A stretch of DNA of 64,000 bases, taken from contig OZ024741.1 of assembly GCA_964016885.1 (NCBI GenBank), forward strand, positions 295,678,001-295,742,000, given 5' to 3'. A model generated the notes under the pieces. That model worked only from the letters and a program-made list of their open reading frames with translations. It had not been told where the DNA came from and ran no database searches. This DNA is from Eledone cirrhosa. Lineage: Eukaryota. Positions 38,215 through 52,421 of the stretch are shown one piece after another. The stretch's first letter is position 1. Every line of letters begins with the position of its first letter. Made by a program: the position numbers and the translations under genes.

Positions 38215-39428
38215 TGACAATGGAATCCAACGTGCCCTAAAACTCAGTACCCAGGACCTTAGACACCCTAAAGTAAATCAATCAAAACTAAAAGCTCTTC
38301 CATACATCTCCACACACAACCCCCTCAACAATGAGGCCTTTGACACCATCCTCCAGAACATCCCTGTATTGAAAAAGGACCATAGAATGAACCAAATTCT
38401 ACGAACACACGATATCATAAAGAGCAAAAGACAATCCAAGTCAATGAAAAACATCTTAACACATGCCAAAGTACTGCCAACCACAACAACGAAACCCACA
38501 GTAAAAAAATGCGATAGACCCAACTGTGGCATTTGGATCAACCTAATAGAGGGTTCGGAATTCTATTTCAAAGATGGACAACGTTTTATAGTAAAACACA
38601 ATTTCACATGTGCATCGGAAAATCTAATATATGTATTAACTTGTTCAGGTTGTCGAGAACAATACATAGGCCAGACCAAAAACAGCCTCCGCCAACGCAT
38701 GACTGTCCATAGATCCCAAGTTAAAATACGGGAATACAGGAAAATACCACTGAGTGAACACATTGATACCTGTGCCGCCCAAAATCATCCCAACTTCAGA
38801 ATCTTTCCCCTCTACAAATTTAAAGATAATGCCACCCACACCCAGCGCATCAGCAAGGAATCTTACTTCATTAACAAATACGGACCCCGTCTAAACACTT
38901 CTCCCTAAGACGAACCCACAACATACACACGTCAACATACATACCTACATCAGCACACATCTCTACCCACATATAAACACAATGACACACGTAAACACAC
39001 ATGGTCTATGGTGCAATACAAAGAAATATATGTGCATATATATGTATGTATATATGTATATATATATATATATATATATGTAGTGAATATATGTATGTGT
39101 ATATATATATAGTGAATATCATTTCACACCTTTTATTGTTAAGATTTTTGATGTTCTATTAAGAGAACCGATTTTACTGAAAAAATCGAATAATGTACAC
39201 CATTTTACCAGGGGGAAAAAAATACTGGTCCACCCACACACACACACATATATACACAAACACATACACATGCGTACATCAACATACAAAGAGACTTATA
39301 CACACACACACACACACACACACACGCACTTCTCCGTATAAGACAAAAGCTGAAAAATATCTTTTGACATGCTAAAATACCCCCCATTGCTTTCAGACAC
39401 ATTCTTACTGACCATCGAATTACTCTGC

Positions 39429-39471
<43 letters not shown>

Positions 39472-39540
39472 ATCTTAATAGCCATTTGACACACATCGCT
39501 GCTGGCCATTGTCGCAGCATCGAACACCTTACTACTACTA

Positions 39541-39606
<66 letters not shown>

Positions 39607-40075
39607 TTGTTGTGAAAGAGTCATTTCTCAATCTTGGCGCAAAACCAATTTTTTATCCACATGACCTCTACCGACCAATCAAAATTGTTTTGACCAAGAA
39701 TTTTTGCTGGAGCCACTTTTTTAACATAAAAACAGTCTTGGCGCAAAATCAACTTTTTACATTCACATGACCTCTACCGACCAATCAAAATTGTTTAGAC
39801 CACAAGCATTTTTGCAACACAAAAATAACGCTGGAGCCACTTTTTTAACATAAAAACAGGTAGAATTCCCAAAACTAATCAGATCAGAGCAAACAGCACG
39901 GACACTCTATCTCAAAATTATTTTCGAAAAGCATTTAGAAATGCGCAACCGGTAAAAACTTAAAAACTTAAAACCACACCTGAATACTAACCCATACAAT
40001 CACTAATACTCTTTTATTCCTAATTAAACCATTTTTCAACTGTGAACAATTTGTCAGCATTTTCTATTCCGTTTA

Positions 40076-40080
<5 letters not shown>
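38215..40080 (+). mobile_element. 5'-truncated Penelope-like element: GIY-YIG endonuclease, long 3' UTR, pLTR
   Basis: LIYVLTCSGCREQYIGQT, RMTVHR and KESYFI in ORF 38369-38908; ~120-bp tandem duplication 39620-39860; degenerate hammerhead at 39921; both ends in (TA)n. The 3' extent is inferred. Confidence 0.85.
39921..39957 (+). ncRNA. Degenerate U3-A8 hammerhead motif
   Basis: TTT-TCGAAAA-GCATT(TAGA)AATGC-GCAAC-CG-GTA-AAA; two core substitutions, ACCGGT retained. Confidence 0.45.
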
Positions 40081-40147
<67 letters not shown>

Positions 40148-40284
40148 TACATATATACTTATATATATTCCAACATTGAATAGGCATTAAATAATGATGA
40201 AGACGATGACGGTGTATGCATACATTTATAATTGTACTCTCTTTTTCTATCTTGTTTACACTGAATCATATATAGTCAAGTGTT

Positions 40285-40339
<55 letters not shown>

Positions 40340-40929
40340 ATTCACACACACATATATGCATACATATACACACATATATATATGTACACATAGTACATAT
40401 CCCAATGCACATGCACTCACAAGCAAGTGTGTTTAAATACTGCCTTGAGCAAGGAAATATATCTATTTAAAGTGAACAACATTGAGATAGTGACAGTGAA
40501 ATAAGAAGCCATAATAAAACTCTCTACGTAATCATCCATTGATGCTGTGTGTTTGTGTGTCTAGAATTACAGAGAATTAACACATAGAATTCTCTTATCT
40601 CATGCGTTTAGCAGCTTTCTTGCAGGCTTTCCAACTAACATTCTTCTAAGTTCTTTAAAATGCTGGATATGAATGTACAACAGCGCAGATTGACTTTGCT
40701 CCGCTTAGCTCAGCTTGGCTTGGCTTGTTTTGCCTTGGCTTGGTTTGCCTTGGCTTGGTTTGAGTACTAGAGTGCTATAATGAGGAAATCTGGAGGCTTT
40801 TGAGGGGGAAGAAGCTAAGGAGAATATGAGATGTATTTGGTTGGTGTAGTCATGGTGAGGACAGCTGCTAGGGAGTGCTAGTAGAAGGGGGTACACAGGG
40901 ATAAGTCAGGTCACATTGTATAATGTTGG

Positions 40930-41570
40930 CTGGGTCTTCACCAGCACTGCATATCACCAGCTCTCTCAGTCCTTTGTCATTACCATTGTGAGGCTTTGTT
41001 TTTTAAGGCTGGTCTTCACAACCTCATCCCATATGTTTTTTGATCTGCCTCTATCACAGGTCGCAGCCATTGGGGTTTCTCTGCATTTCTTTATGTAGCT
41101 GTCATCCTCCATAAAACATCACAAATCCATACCAACATAGTCTTCTCTGTTGCACACTACATCCAATTCCTCTTATGCCAAGTTTTTCCCTCAGTTTGTT
41201 TATGCTATGATGCTCATATACACTAACATTACACATCCACCAGAGTATACTTGATTCTTTTCTTCCTATCCTCCACAGGTCTTCTACAGGCAAGGCCCAT
41301 GTTTCATTGCCATCTAGCATTACAGTTCACATACAGGCATCATAGAGTCTACCCTTCACTTTGAAATAAAATGCCTTTGTTGTCAGCAGCAGTAACAGTT
41401 CCCTAAACTTCTTCCAGCCAGTTCTTATCCTGGCTTTCACACCTTCGATCCATCCTCCATCACTGTTCATTTTATTGCCTAGTTAATAAAAGCTGTCAAC
41501 TACTTCTAAAGAACCTCCCTGGCAACTGAATATCTATATTTCATGTGTACATCTGCCACATATAAAGTCT
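40930..41570 (-). mobile_element. Decayed RTE 3' fragment
   Basis: GNETWAL...LREKLGIRGI..QQRRLCWYG. Confidence 0.8.
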
Positions 41571-41602
41571 ATAATATATATATGTTTTATATATATATAA
41601 AC

Positions 41603-41643
<41 letters not shown>

Positions 41644-41899
41644 TAAATTAGCGAGAATCGTATTTCAGCTATTGGAAATTAGCGAAAAACAACTTCCGAG
41701 ATGTGTGGCAAGCGCTCAATAAATTCTAACGAACCAGAGCTACAACATACGTTAAAAGGCCTATATATATATATATATAGTGAAAATAAGGTGTGTACAT
41801 TATAAAACGTTCTATACAGATCACATTATGTAGGGAAAATGATTTTTAAAAAAGGGTTTGAAAAGTGCACCTGGTATAAAGAATCTTTATAACATGTAG

Positions 41900-42125
41900 A
41901 AAAATTGATGTTTAGGAAAAGCTTTTTTTTTTCTGTATTGGATTATCAAAATATTTGTTATTTGGTTAAATTGTTTTTTCTCGCTAAAATTCCTGCATGC
42001 TGGTTCAAAAAGTGGTAGGGTATCAGCATGCAGGAGTTTTAACAAGAAAAAAAAATTTAACCTAATAACAAATGTTTTGATAATCCAATACAGAGAAAGC
42101 AGGCTTTGCTAAACATCAATTTTTT
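41900..42125. repeat. Old diverged palindrome (~105-bp arms)
   Basis: 41900-42004 / 42022-42125 are imperfect reverse complements. Confidence 0.75.
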
Positions 42126-43534
42126 AAACCCTTCTTTTATCATTTTCTCTATATATATATAAACTTTTGCTAAGTTATGGCTTTCAAACACCAACTTAAT
42201 AATGAACATATTAGTTATATTGTTAAATCTATCTAAATTCTTGATTATTTTCAAAATTACTTGAAAATGATTGGCAATGTATTTCATTGGAAATAGGGTA
42301 ACAAATGGGTTATAATTAGGAAGATTTTGTGTAGGTTGATAAACTCACCTAAAGCTGAGATCAGATTAATTTGTAAGAAAATCTTTAAAAAGATGAATAA
42401 CATGCAGAATAATATTGGAGTAAGGTAGCCATAACTGGTTTTGATGAAATTATTAAGAGCTCCTACCAAGACCCACAAATCATAGAAACAGGAAAGCAAT
42501 ATAGTATAATCCTTCTTGCAACATAAATATGTCCAAAAATATAGCAAAGAGCTTCCTAGCTTTGATGTATCCACATGTATTGGCATTATATAGATATAAA
42601 ATTATATAAATCATTATATAGATATAACTAATATGTTCATATAGTTTCTCTTTTTTCCTCTCTCTCTCAATTAAAGTCAGCTAATTTCTGTTTGGTTTGG
42701 GTTCAGATATGTAACATTTCGGTTCGCATGATACAGTCTACCCTTCCTTCTGAGAGAAAAGCATTTTGTTGTTAGCAGTGGTAATAGATCTCTATATTAT
42801 CATTATCATTTAATGTTTGTTTTCCCCAACAAACTTCCTAAGTCCATAATTTCAGGAGCAATTCTGATATTGGAATTTGGTACCAAGGTCAGTATCTAGT
42901 ATGTTGCCAGCCACATGAGCAGCATACACACATGATGAATATGTAACTTGCTACATGTGGATCTAACTGTCAAAGTTTAAGATTAAAATTCTGCTATGAA
43001 AGATATACAATGATGGCAAAGTAAGAAAAACTGCATATAACTACATAAAATACATATGTATACAATAATAGTGATATTAAAAGTGAACCAACACACCTGA
43101 TGATGAAACCTGTGAGGGTCTGGAAACACCGACTAAAATATAGACTTAATAACTTTTTTTCCAAACAAACTGTAGCAAATTTATTAGAAGGTATGAGAAG
43201 TTTCTAACAAAGGTATTGAAACTGGAAAGCAGCCATGTCTTAAACAACACACTTGTGTGTATGTGTCTGTGTGTGTATGCGTGCGTGTGTGTGTGTGAGT
43301 GTGTGTTTCTAGAGGGTTTTGCACATATCTATATTTATATATTTATGGAGGGGAAAGTATAAGTGAGATAGAAAATAAAAAATGTTTTCATATAAAACAT
43401 TCCAGGACAGAAATTGTTGTCATCTTTATTTATTATATTATATTTTTGTATATTTTAAGGTATATGTCTTTAATCTATACATTATATATATAACATAATA
43501 TAGGATGTAATGCAATATAATAAATATATAATAT

Positions 43535-44370
<836 letters not shown>

Positions 44371-44649
44371 ATAATATATCATTTTGTAAATAAACATTGG
44401 CATTTTGAGTGAATTGAAATATATAGAAATGCATAAAATCTCAAACACAGGAAAATAGCTATGAACACAACTTAGAAAATCAGGTAAAATACCTCCAGCA
44501 GCTGCGACAGGGAATCAAACTCTGTACCTCTAAAATTCTGGTTACCACTGAACTAATAGACCCTGATGATAGTCACCTTTTCAATGTGACATTTTGTGAA
44601 TAAACACTGAGGCATCGAGTGAGTTGAAATGCTTAAAAATATAGAAAAT

Positions 44650-45038
44650 CCTTCTTCTTTGCCCACTTAATCCTGAGAGCGTCGTGGGTGAAAAAGTCCT
44701 TCTTCCAGCAAGTCCTGCCAGAAGTAACCATCTCCAACTGATCTGGCTTGTTCTCCAACTGATCCAGCTGATCAACCAAGCTCATGGATGTTATCCCACC
44801 ATTTGCTCGGGGTCTACCTCTGGGTTTCCTGCTGGTTGGTTTTGCCTGTAAAATCTGTCCAACGATTCTTTCCTGAGACATTCTAACCACATGCCCATAG
44901 TATCAGAGATGTGATCTCTCAATTCAGAGAAGTAGCGACTCTACCTGGAGTGACTATCTGATCTCCGAACTACGCACTCTATCGAGTAATGTTACTCCAA
45001 AGACTCTTTGGAGGAAACCCATTTCGGCTGCTTGTATT
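44650..45038 (-). mobile_element. 3' end of another RTE family
   Basis: GHVVRMSQERIVGQIL..KPRGRPR; short (AAG)n tail. Confidence 0.75.
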
Positions 45039-45099
45039 GTCACATTGAAAAATTGGTATTTAGCATTATTTAAGATGGTAACTATCATTGAAGGTCGTT

Positions 45100-46378
45100 T
45101 AACTCAATGGTATGAAGGGAGTATGTCCTAATTGATGTGCAGTGCTAGTGGGTATGAACAACATTACATAAGCAAACCGAGAGAAAAACTCAGCATAAGA
45201 GGAATTGGATGTAGTGTTCAAGAAAAATCTGTGATGGAAAATGGCAACTGCATAAAATAATACAGAGAAACTCCAGTGAATGGGATGCATAGAAGAGGCA
45301 AACCCAAGAAGACTTGGGACAAGGTAACGAAGACCAACCTTAAGGCGCTAAACCTCACAACAAAGATGACAAAACTGCAAGGGTTAGCACTATGTTATAC
45401 TGGTGAAGACCTGGCCAGGCCACTAGCATGTGATCTGACCCCCACCCTACCCCATTCGTGCCCCCTTCAGTATCACTTGCTATTCCTCCTCATCATCCCC
45501 TTCTAAAATCCTTAAATACCCTTTCTTTTGCACCCTAGTAGCTACTCTCTCCACCCTGCTCATCTTACCCATGTCTCCCTCCACTGCCTCTCCTTAGCTA
45601 CACCCTCCTATGAAGTCCTTAGATACCCCTTCTATCACACCCTAAGAGCTACACCTTCCACCTCTGTGAACTCAGCCCATGTCCTTTACACTACCACTTC
45701 TTAGCTGTTCTATCTATCACTACACTGCTCCTCTCCACATGCCATTAACCACACCTCCACCACTATTACTACTTAGGTATTCTCCTCATCACTACATGCA
45801 CTATGCTATCAGAAGTCACGTTTCCCCTACTTATCACCCTGTCAAATCCCACTCTACCATACACTTACAATACTTCCCTACACCTGCAGAGCAGAGGTCT
45901 CTTCAATTTGGGATAATAATTGACAGTCCCTCTAGTGTTGATGCCACGAAAATGCACCACGTGTACCCCGTAAGGTGCTTGGTGATAGAAAAGGCACCTC
46001 TCTGAAGAAACCCTGCCAAAAGGGTTGAGTGGACCCTTCGATTGCATCAACAGCACGAAAAAGTCTCTGATATTGGTAATTTACATGGTAAATGTACCCA
46101 GTACACACAATAAAGTGGTTGGTCATAGGGAGGGTGTCCAGCCATAGAAAACTTTCCAAACAAAGAGTCAAGAGGACCCTTCAGTTGTGTCAAAGACCTG
46201 ACAACCTCCCTAGTACTGAGGTCATGATAAAATACACTTATTAGAGTGTGAGACCCTATGTAAGGGAGATGCAAGCTATTAGGTCAGCAGACCCGATGTT
46301 AGTACAAACTCAGTCTGTGAACTCCCGCCTAACCATTGCTAGCAGGGAAAGCAGACATTAAATGATGATGATGATGAT
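45100..46378 (+). mobile_element. Decayed RTE 3' end with long 3' UTR and (GAT)n tail
   Basis: RRGKPKKTWDKV at ~45290; UTR motifs; tail 46361-46378. Confidence 0.65.
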
Positions 46379-46959
46379 ACGTGTATGTATATGTATGTAT
46401 ATTTAGTTCAAGTTAAAATACCATTTGTCCTCCACTTCTACACTCAACCTCACCATCTTGCCACATAGCTTGTGTTTTGATTTTGAAAAGATTTCTTCAT
46501 TTATCAAATTTTTAATTATTTATTGCCATCACTTAATGATTAATGAATTTATTGAGATACAAACTGATGGAGGGAGGGGGGGGGGAGAAGGAGATAGGGA
46601 AAAAGAGGTGGAGAGGGGTAACGGGAAGAGAAAAGGGGAGTGAAGGGAAGAGAGGGAGAGAGAGAAAGAAATGACACATATACATAGGAAAAGAAAAAGT
46701 AGAACAGAAAAAAAATAAGATAGAGAAAGTAATGTAGATAGAGAAGGTAAAATACATACATACCTACTTCTACTTACATTTGCATGTGTGTGTGTGTGTG
46801 TAAATGCAGAAATGTATTTTCAAAGACAAACACACAAACATAGACATAATATAGAATCATATTAGTACACACACATACAAACACACATATATACACACAC
46901 ATGTGTGTGTGAAAAAAAATGCAAAAGAAGCAAATTGAAGTGGTTTTATGGTATGTGTG

Positions 46960-47250
46960 AAGGCACATAGCTTAATAGTTAGAGCTTCAAGCTTACAATG
47001 AAGAGGTTGTCCTTAAGCAAAACATTTTATTTCATGTTGTTCCAGTTCACTCAGCTGTAGAATGAGTGCCTACAACCGGTGCTAAGCTGTATCAGCATTT
47101 GCCTTTCCCTTGGACAACATCAGTGACATGGAGAGAGAGAGGAGACTGGTATGCATAAGAGACTGCTGGTCTTCCACAAACAAATTTGCATAGACTTGTG
47201 CCTCAGAGGGTAACTTTCCAGGTGCAAACCCATGGTGATTTGTGACCAAA
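46960..47250 (+). mobile_element. CORE-type tRNA SINE
   Basis: Similar head and CORE-like block to 23422-23560. Confidence 0.6.
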
Positions 47251-47929
47251 TACCCTATGGTATGAGTTCAAAATTGAATATAAAACAATATCAACCACGT
47301 CCATCTTTCCCCGCTCGCATGACTTAGATTGGTCCTTTTCTTCACAACATCTCTCGACTCATCACCTTCCTTTGTCAGTTATCTATCTCAATATTAGTTC
47401 CAAAGATTTCACAGTAGAGATGAGAGCCTTGAAAAAGAGGAAGGTCACCAACACCCTTCCACAACTGACAAACTAATTGAAGGAGATCTATGTAGAATAG
47501 CTTGTGCTATGTGTGTGTGTGGTGTATGTGTGTGTATATGTGTGTGGTGTGTATATGTGTGTCATTGGGTGTGTGTGTTGTGTGAATATGTCTCTCAGTG
47601 TATGTATGTCAGTGTGTATTGGCCCTCCATCAGTTCCAACAGACCACATACTCAAGATGTTGCAGAAGAACATGTTGAGTAATTGTTTAACATTCACACA
47701 ATATTGGCATCTCTAAGAAGGTTAACAAATAGGGGTCACATTTGAATCAAAAGAAAAAATAGGGGTCAGAGGAGCTGAATGAAACATAAAAACAAGGTTC
47801 ACATGAGCTGAATGAAAAGTAAAAATAGGGGTCACACTTGAATGCAAGGGTCACATGAGCTGAATAAAAAGAAAACAAAATTATTATGTTATCTGCTCTG
47901 TACTCCATTAGTGGTTAGTAAGTGAAATC

Positions 47930-48355
47930 ATTGGCAGCATCGGTAGAGCATCACAGACCATTCTTCGTAGTATAGAGTTACAGTCCTTTATGTTCTGAGA
48001 TCAAATCCCGTCAAGGTTAGCTTTGCCTTTCATCCTTACGGGATCGATAAAATAAAGCACCAGTAATATACAGCAGTTGATTTAACCGATTTTCCCCTTT
48101 TCTTCAAATTGCTGGTCTTGTGTCTAAAGTAGAAACAATTATTTCTTGAATCTAAAGACAGTGACGGAGAACATGCTCTGCAACATATAGTTATGTCACT
48201 TTACATTCTCAGTTTAAATACTGCCAAGGTCAGCTTTGCCTTTCATCCTTATGGGATTGATAAAATAAAGCACCAATAATGCACTAGGGTTAATTTAATT
48301 GACTTTCCCCTCCCCCAGAATTGTTGGCCTTGTACCTAAATCAGAAACCCTTATT
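47930..48355 (+). mobile_element. Two Meta-type SINE copies
   Basis: CTTTGCCTTTCATCCTTA.GGG..CGATAAAATAAAGCACC occurs twice. Confidence 0.7.
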
Positions 48356-48614
48356 TCTTCAATCCTACTGACACCAGCACAGCAGTATTACCTGGCAGAA
48401 GTGACAAAGAAAATGACTTTGCCTGCATTTTCCACTTTGTAGCCCACACTCACCAAGGCCAAATCATGTGACATGTCATAACACCATACAAATCTCTCAA
48501 ACACTTTGGATAATTCCACAATGCTGCTATGTATGTATGAGTATATATATGTATGTATATGAACATATGTATGCATGCATGTGTGAGTGTGTATATATAT
48601 ATATACGTATATAT

Positions 48615-49072
48615 AATTGAAAAAGTGAAGAATAACATGGTCAACAGTACAAAAAAAGGGATTTATTTACAGTCTGACAATTGTTTCACTGATTAAGTTG
48701 TCTAAAAATTGCTGAACACTAGAAGCAGTGCCACTCAAGTTATCTCCGATGATCTAGTTAAGCTAACATCGTATTTGAAATTGAGTGGCACTGCTTCTAA
48801 TGTTCAGCAATTTTTAGACAACTTAATCAGTGAAACAATTGTCAGACTGTAAATAAAACCCTTTTTTTGTACTGTACTGTTGACCATGTTATTCTTCACT
48901 TTTTCAATTTTATTACTCCAAGATAAACTTACACAGGAATACAAGTGAAATCATAAACTCGCCATCTACGTAAACCTCTTGTTGAGTCAAACAACGGCGT
49001 ACGCTAAAACTATCCATAATAAGAAGTATTCACAACCTCTAACTGGATTACTTATAATGATATTTAGTTATC

Positions 49073-49075
<3 letters not shown>
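48615..49075 (+). mobile_element. Fold-back Penelope-type pLTR element
   Basis: ~125-bp arms 48615-48738 / 48781-48909, nearly perfect; tail continues to (TA)n at ~49077. Confidence 0.8.
48743..48846 (+). ncRNA. Hammerhead motif with long stem II (core CCGAUGA)
   Basis: TCT-CCGATGA-(~79 nt; CTAGTTAAG pairs with CTTAATCAG)-GAAAC-AATT-GTC-AGA; ACAATTGT palindrome. Confidence 0.55.
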
Positions 49076-49154
<79 letters not shown>

Positions 49155-49664
49155 TATGGCCACTTACTACAATGGTGCCATATGAGACATTCGTTAGCCC
49201 TGAGGACCAACTTGTTCAACCTGTGCCAATGTAAAGTGAATGTGTAGGTGCCACAGAAAAATAAAGCACCCAGCACTCACTGTAATTGAAGTTGGCGTTA
49301 GAAAGGGCATCCAGCTGTAGAAACCAAGCCAAAATCAGTTCTGTATGAGCAAGACATGGTCATCTGACCTAGCATTGCCACAATGGGACAACCCGTCTAA
49401 CCCATGCTAACATGGAAAAATAGACGTAAATCAGTGATGATGATGATAATGATTTCTACATGATATTTCAGGGGCTATTACCCTCTATTCAAACATGAAA
49501 AAGAAACATTTCAAAACAAAAACGAATGATCGAGGAGTTCTTCCTTATCCCTTAGTGGTCTACTTCTACCACATTGTACCTCTTCTTGAAATTTATCAGT
49601 CATGTATTGCATATCTCACAATGCTTCATATTAACTATACTACCATGTATATATATTAGTTTTA

Positions 49665-50055
49665 ATAATTGTTTCTACTTTTGGCACAAGGCCAGCAATT
49701 ACCCAGTACATTACTGGTACTTTATTTTATCGACCCCGTAAGGATGAAAGGCAAAGTTAACCTCAGCGGGATTTGAACTCAGACCATAAAGGGCCGTAAC
49801 TCTTTGCTGCAAAACATGGCGTCAGACCCTCTAACGATACTGCCAATCCACTATTTTAATAATGATTTCTGATTTAGGCACAAGGTAGACAATTTTTGAA
49901 GGAGGGGAAGGTCAATTAAATCGACCTCAGTAAAGCTAACCTCGAAAAGTAAAGCTAACCTCACTGGGATTTGAACACAGAATGTAAAGGGCTGTAACTA
50001 TACCACAAAGCATATTGTCCAACATTCTACCGATTCAGCCAATCTACTGCCCTTA
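49665..50055 (-). mobile_element. Two Meta-type SINE copies
   Basis: Same motifs as 35605-35950. Confidence 0.7.
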
Positions 50056-50361
50056 TATTAGTTTTAATAATAATTTGTGTATAATGAAGTGCTGTTATGA
50101 CTGGAGAAATATAATGTGATAAATATCCTCAAATCACTGATCTATTACTTCATATATATGTCACAGGGGTCATGTATTCACAGCTGTCTAATTTAGTAAC
50201 CTTCACTTCTGATCACATCCACATTAATTATTACCTTTTCAATCTATATCTTCTTCTCTCTCTATCTATCACTCTCTTTTTGACCATCGACTTATTTATC
50301 TATCTCTCTGTATTCCTGCCTGTATGTCTGTCTATTTATCTATCTATCTATTTATCTATCT

Positions 50362-50735
50362 TTTTTTCAAATACCACTTTGGAAGAAGAATCAGGATGGA
50401 GAGAGAGGTGCTGTACCCCAGCAAGTTTTATGAAAGGTGGGTGAAAGTGGCGAGAATGGCCCGAGTGAATGGGCCTTCTCTCTATATCAGCCTGTAGATT
50501 GAGGAAAAGGAGGAGGAGAGGAAAGGAGTACAAGCTCTTCGTACTCCTGGAGATGAGGGTTGCACATTTTTTCGGGGGTATGTGTTACCCATATAAACTG
50601 TCTCCCTCTATTGGGGAAAATCGACTAACTTTTAAATTCCATCTGTGATAACATTTTACACGTTTTTATTGTATGTAAACTTCCCCCTTTGTATTTGTCC
50701 CCTTCTTTTGTGCCCCTGTGGCTAATAAAGAAATA
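50362..50735 (+). mobile_element. 3' end of an L1/Tx1-like LINE with 17-bp TSD
   Basis: Frame FFKYHFGRRIRMEREVLYPSKFYERWVKVARMARVNG..*; pyrimidine-rich UTR, AATAAA; TATCTATTTATCTATCT at 50345-50361 and 50736-50752. Confidence 0.65.
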
Positions 50736-51380
50736 TATCTATTTATCTATCTCTTCCTCGAATCAAATCGATCTGTCTGTTTGTCAGTTAAACTACCTAC
50801 CCATCTATCCACCTACCAACTTACACATACATATATATATATATATATACACATACACCCACACTGTAAGGTGGTCGTGTAAGAGTCACAACAAAAAGCA
50901 CCTAGCACACATTTTAAATGTGGTTGGCGTTAGGAAGGGCATCCAACCGTAGAAACCTAGCCAAAAACCATAGAAACCTAGCCAAAAACCATAGAAACCT
51001 AGCCATAGTTCTGTATGAGCAAGACGCAGCCACCTGCACCAACTTGCCTCATATTGGACAATCCATCTAACGCATGCTAGCATGGAAAATAGACATTAAA
51101 TGATGATGATAATGATGATGTATATAGAGATCCCTATTCTGCTGACTTTAACAAATTTATATATATTTATATCCCTCACCCTCTGCCCATCTATCTGTCT
51201 GTCTGTCTGTCTGTCTGTCTGTCAATTTATATACTTATACCTAGCTATTTATCTATTTATTACATCAATATCGCTAGAGATAAATATATTGACAGATAAA
51301 TGGTGGGATCAATGGCAATATAGACAGATGATTTCATTGATAGAGGACTGGAGGGTAGGGTAAGAGTTGTAGGGAGGGGT

Positions 51381-51718
51381 GGATAGAGAGTGGGGAAGGG
51401 AGATAAAATTGGAGGGACAGATTGCTGGAAGGTAGAGTAGGAGTTGGTGTGAGGGATAGATAGAGAGTGGGGAAGGGAGATAAAATTGGAGGGACAGATT
51501 GCTGGAAGGTAGAGTAGGAGTTGGTGTGAGGGATAGATAGAGAGTGGGGAAGGGAGATAAAATTGGCGGGACAGATTGCTGGAAGGTAGAGTAGGAGTTG
51601 GTGTGAGGGATAGATAGAGAGTGGGAAAGGGAGATAAAATTGGAGGGACAGATTGCTGGAAGGTAGAGTAGGAGTTGGTGTGAGGGATAGATAGAGAATG
51701 GGGAAGGGAGATAAAATT
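51381..51718. repeat. 77-bp purine-rich minisatellite, about 4.4 near-identical copies
   Basis: TAGAGA(G)TGGG recurs at 51384, 51461, 51538, 51615 and 51692. Confidence 0.95.
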
Positions 51719-51899
51719 TCAGAGATAGATGGCTGAATGGTAAGATAGGAATAGCAGGAAGGGTTGGTTAGGGGTTGGGGAATGAAGGTATAATTTGAGT
51801 GACAGATGTGAAGAGAGAAGGATGAACACAATATTTAAACTGAGATGTAAATTGATGCACAGACAGATGGATAAAGAGTCTTTTGACAACTGTTTATCT

Positions 51900-51949
<50 letters not shown>

Positions 51950-51972
51950 CACACACACACACATATATATAT

Positions 51973-52033
<61 letters not shown>

Positions 52034-52421
52034 TATATATATAAATAAAAAAATAATTTTATTTCTCGCCCTATCACAGCTGATACATAAAAGTAAGTAT
52101 GCATACGTACACACATATATAAATATCTATATATACGTATATATATATATACACACACACACACATACATATATACATATGTACATATGAGTTATATCGA
52201 ACATTAATAATAATGTTCGATTGGTTTGTAAACAAACGAGCCCAATTTGGAGCTGCGCCGTGCCAGTGACCAATCGTCACCTGTTTGTTCAACACTGGCT
52301 CATTTGTATACAAATGAATCGAACATTAATATTAATGTTCAATATAACCCATACGTATATATATATATATACACACACAGATATATATACATATATATCT
52401 GTGTGTGTATATATATATATA

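Noticed and set aside
42450-42580. Possible Penelope RT relic (LPK.HKS...SFDV)
   Set aside because: Requires frameshifts and is too short to support
43097-43132. CTGATGA...GAAAC hammerhead-like string
   Set aside because: No convincing stem III, NUH triplet or stem I
44490-44563. tRNA-like sequence on the minus strand (also SINE heads at 23422, 59970)
   Set aside because: Incomplete cloverleaf; tRNA-derived repeat heads, not tRNA genes
48391-48524. Minus-strand candidate exon (IVELSKVFERFVWCY...)
   Set aside because: Weak acceptor, two competing donors, no homology recognised
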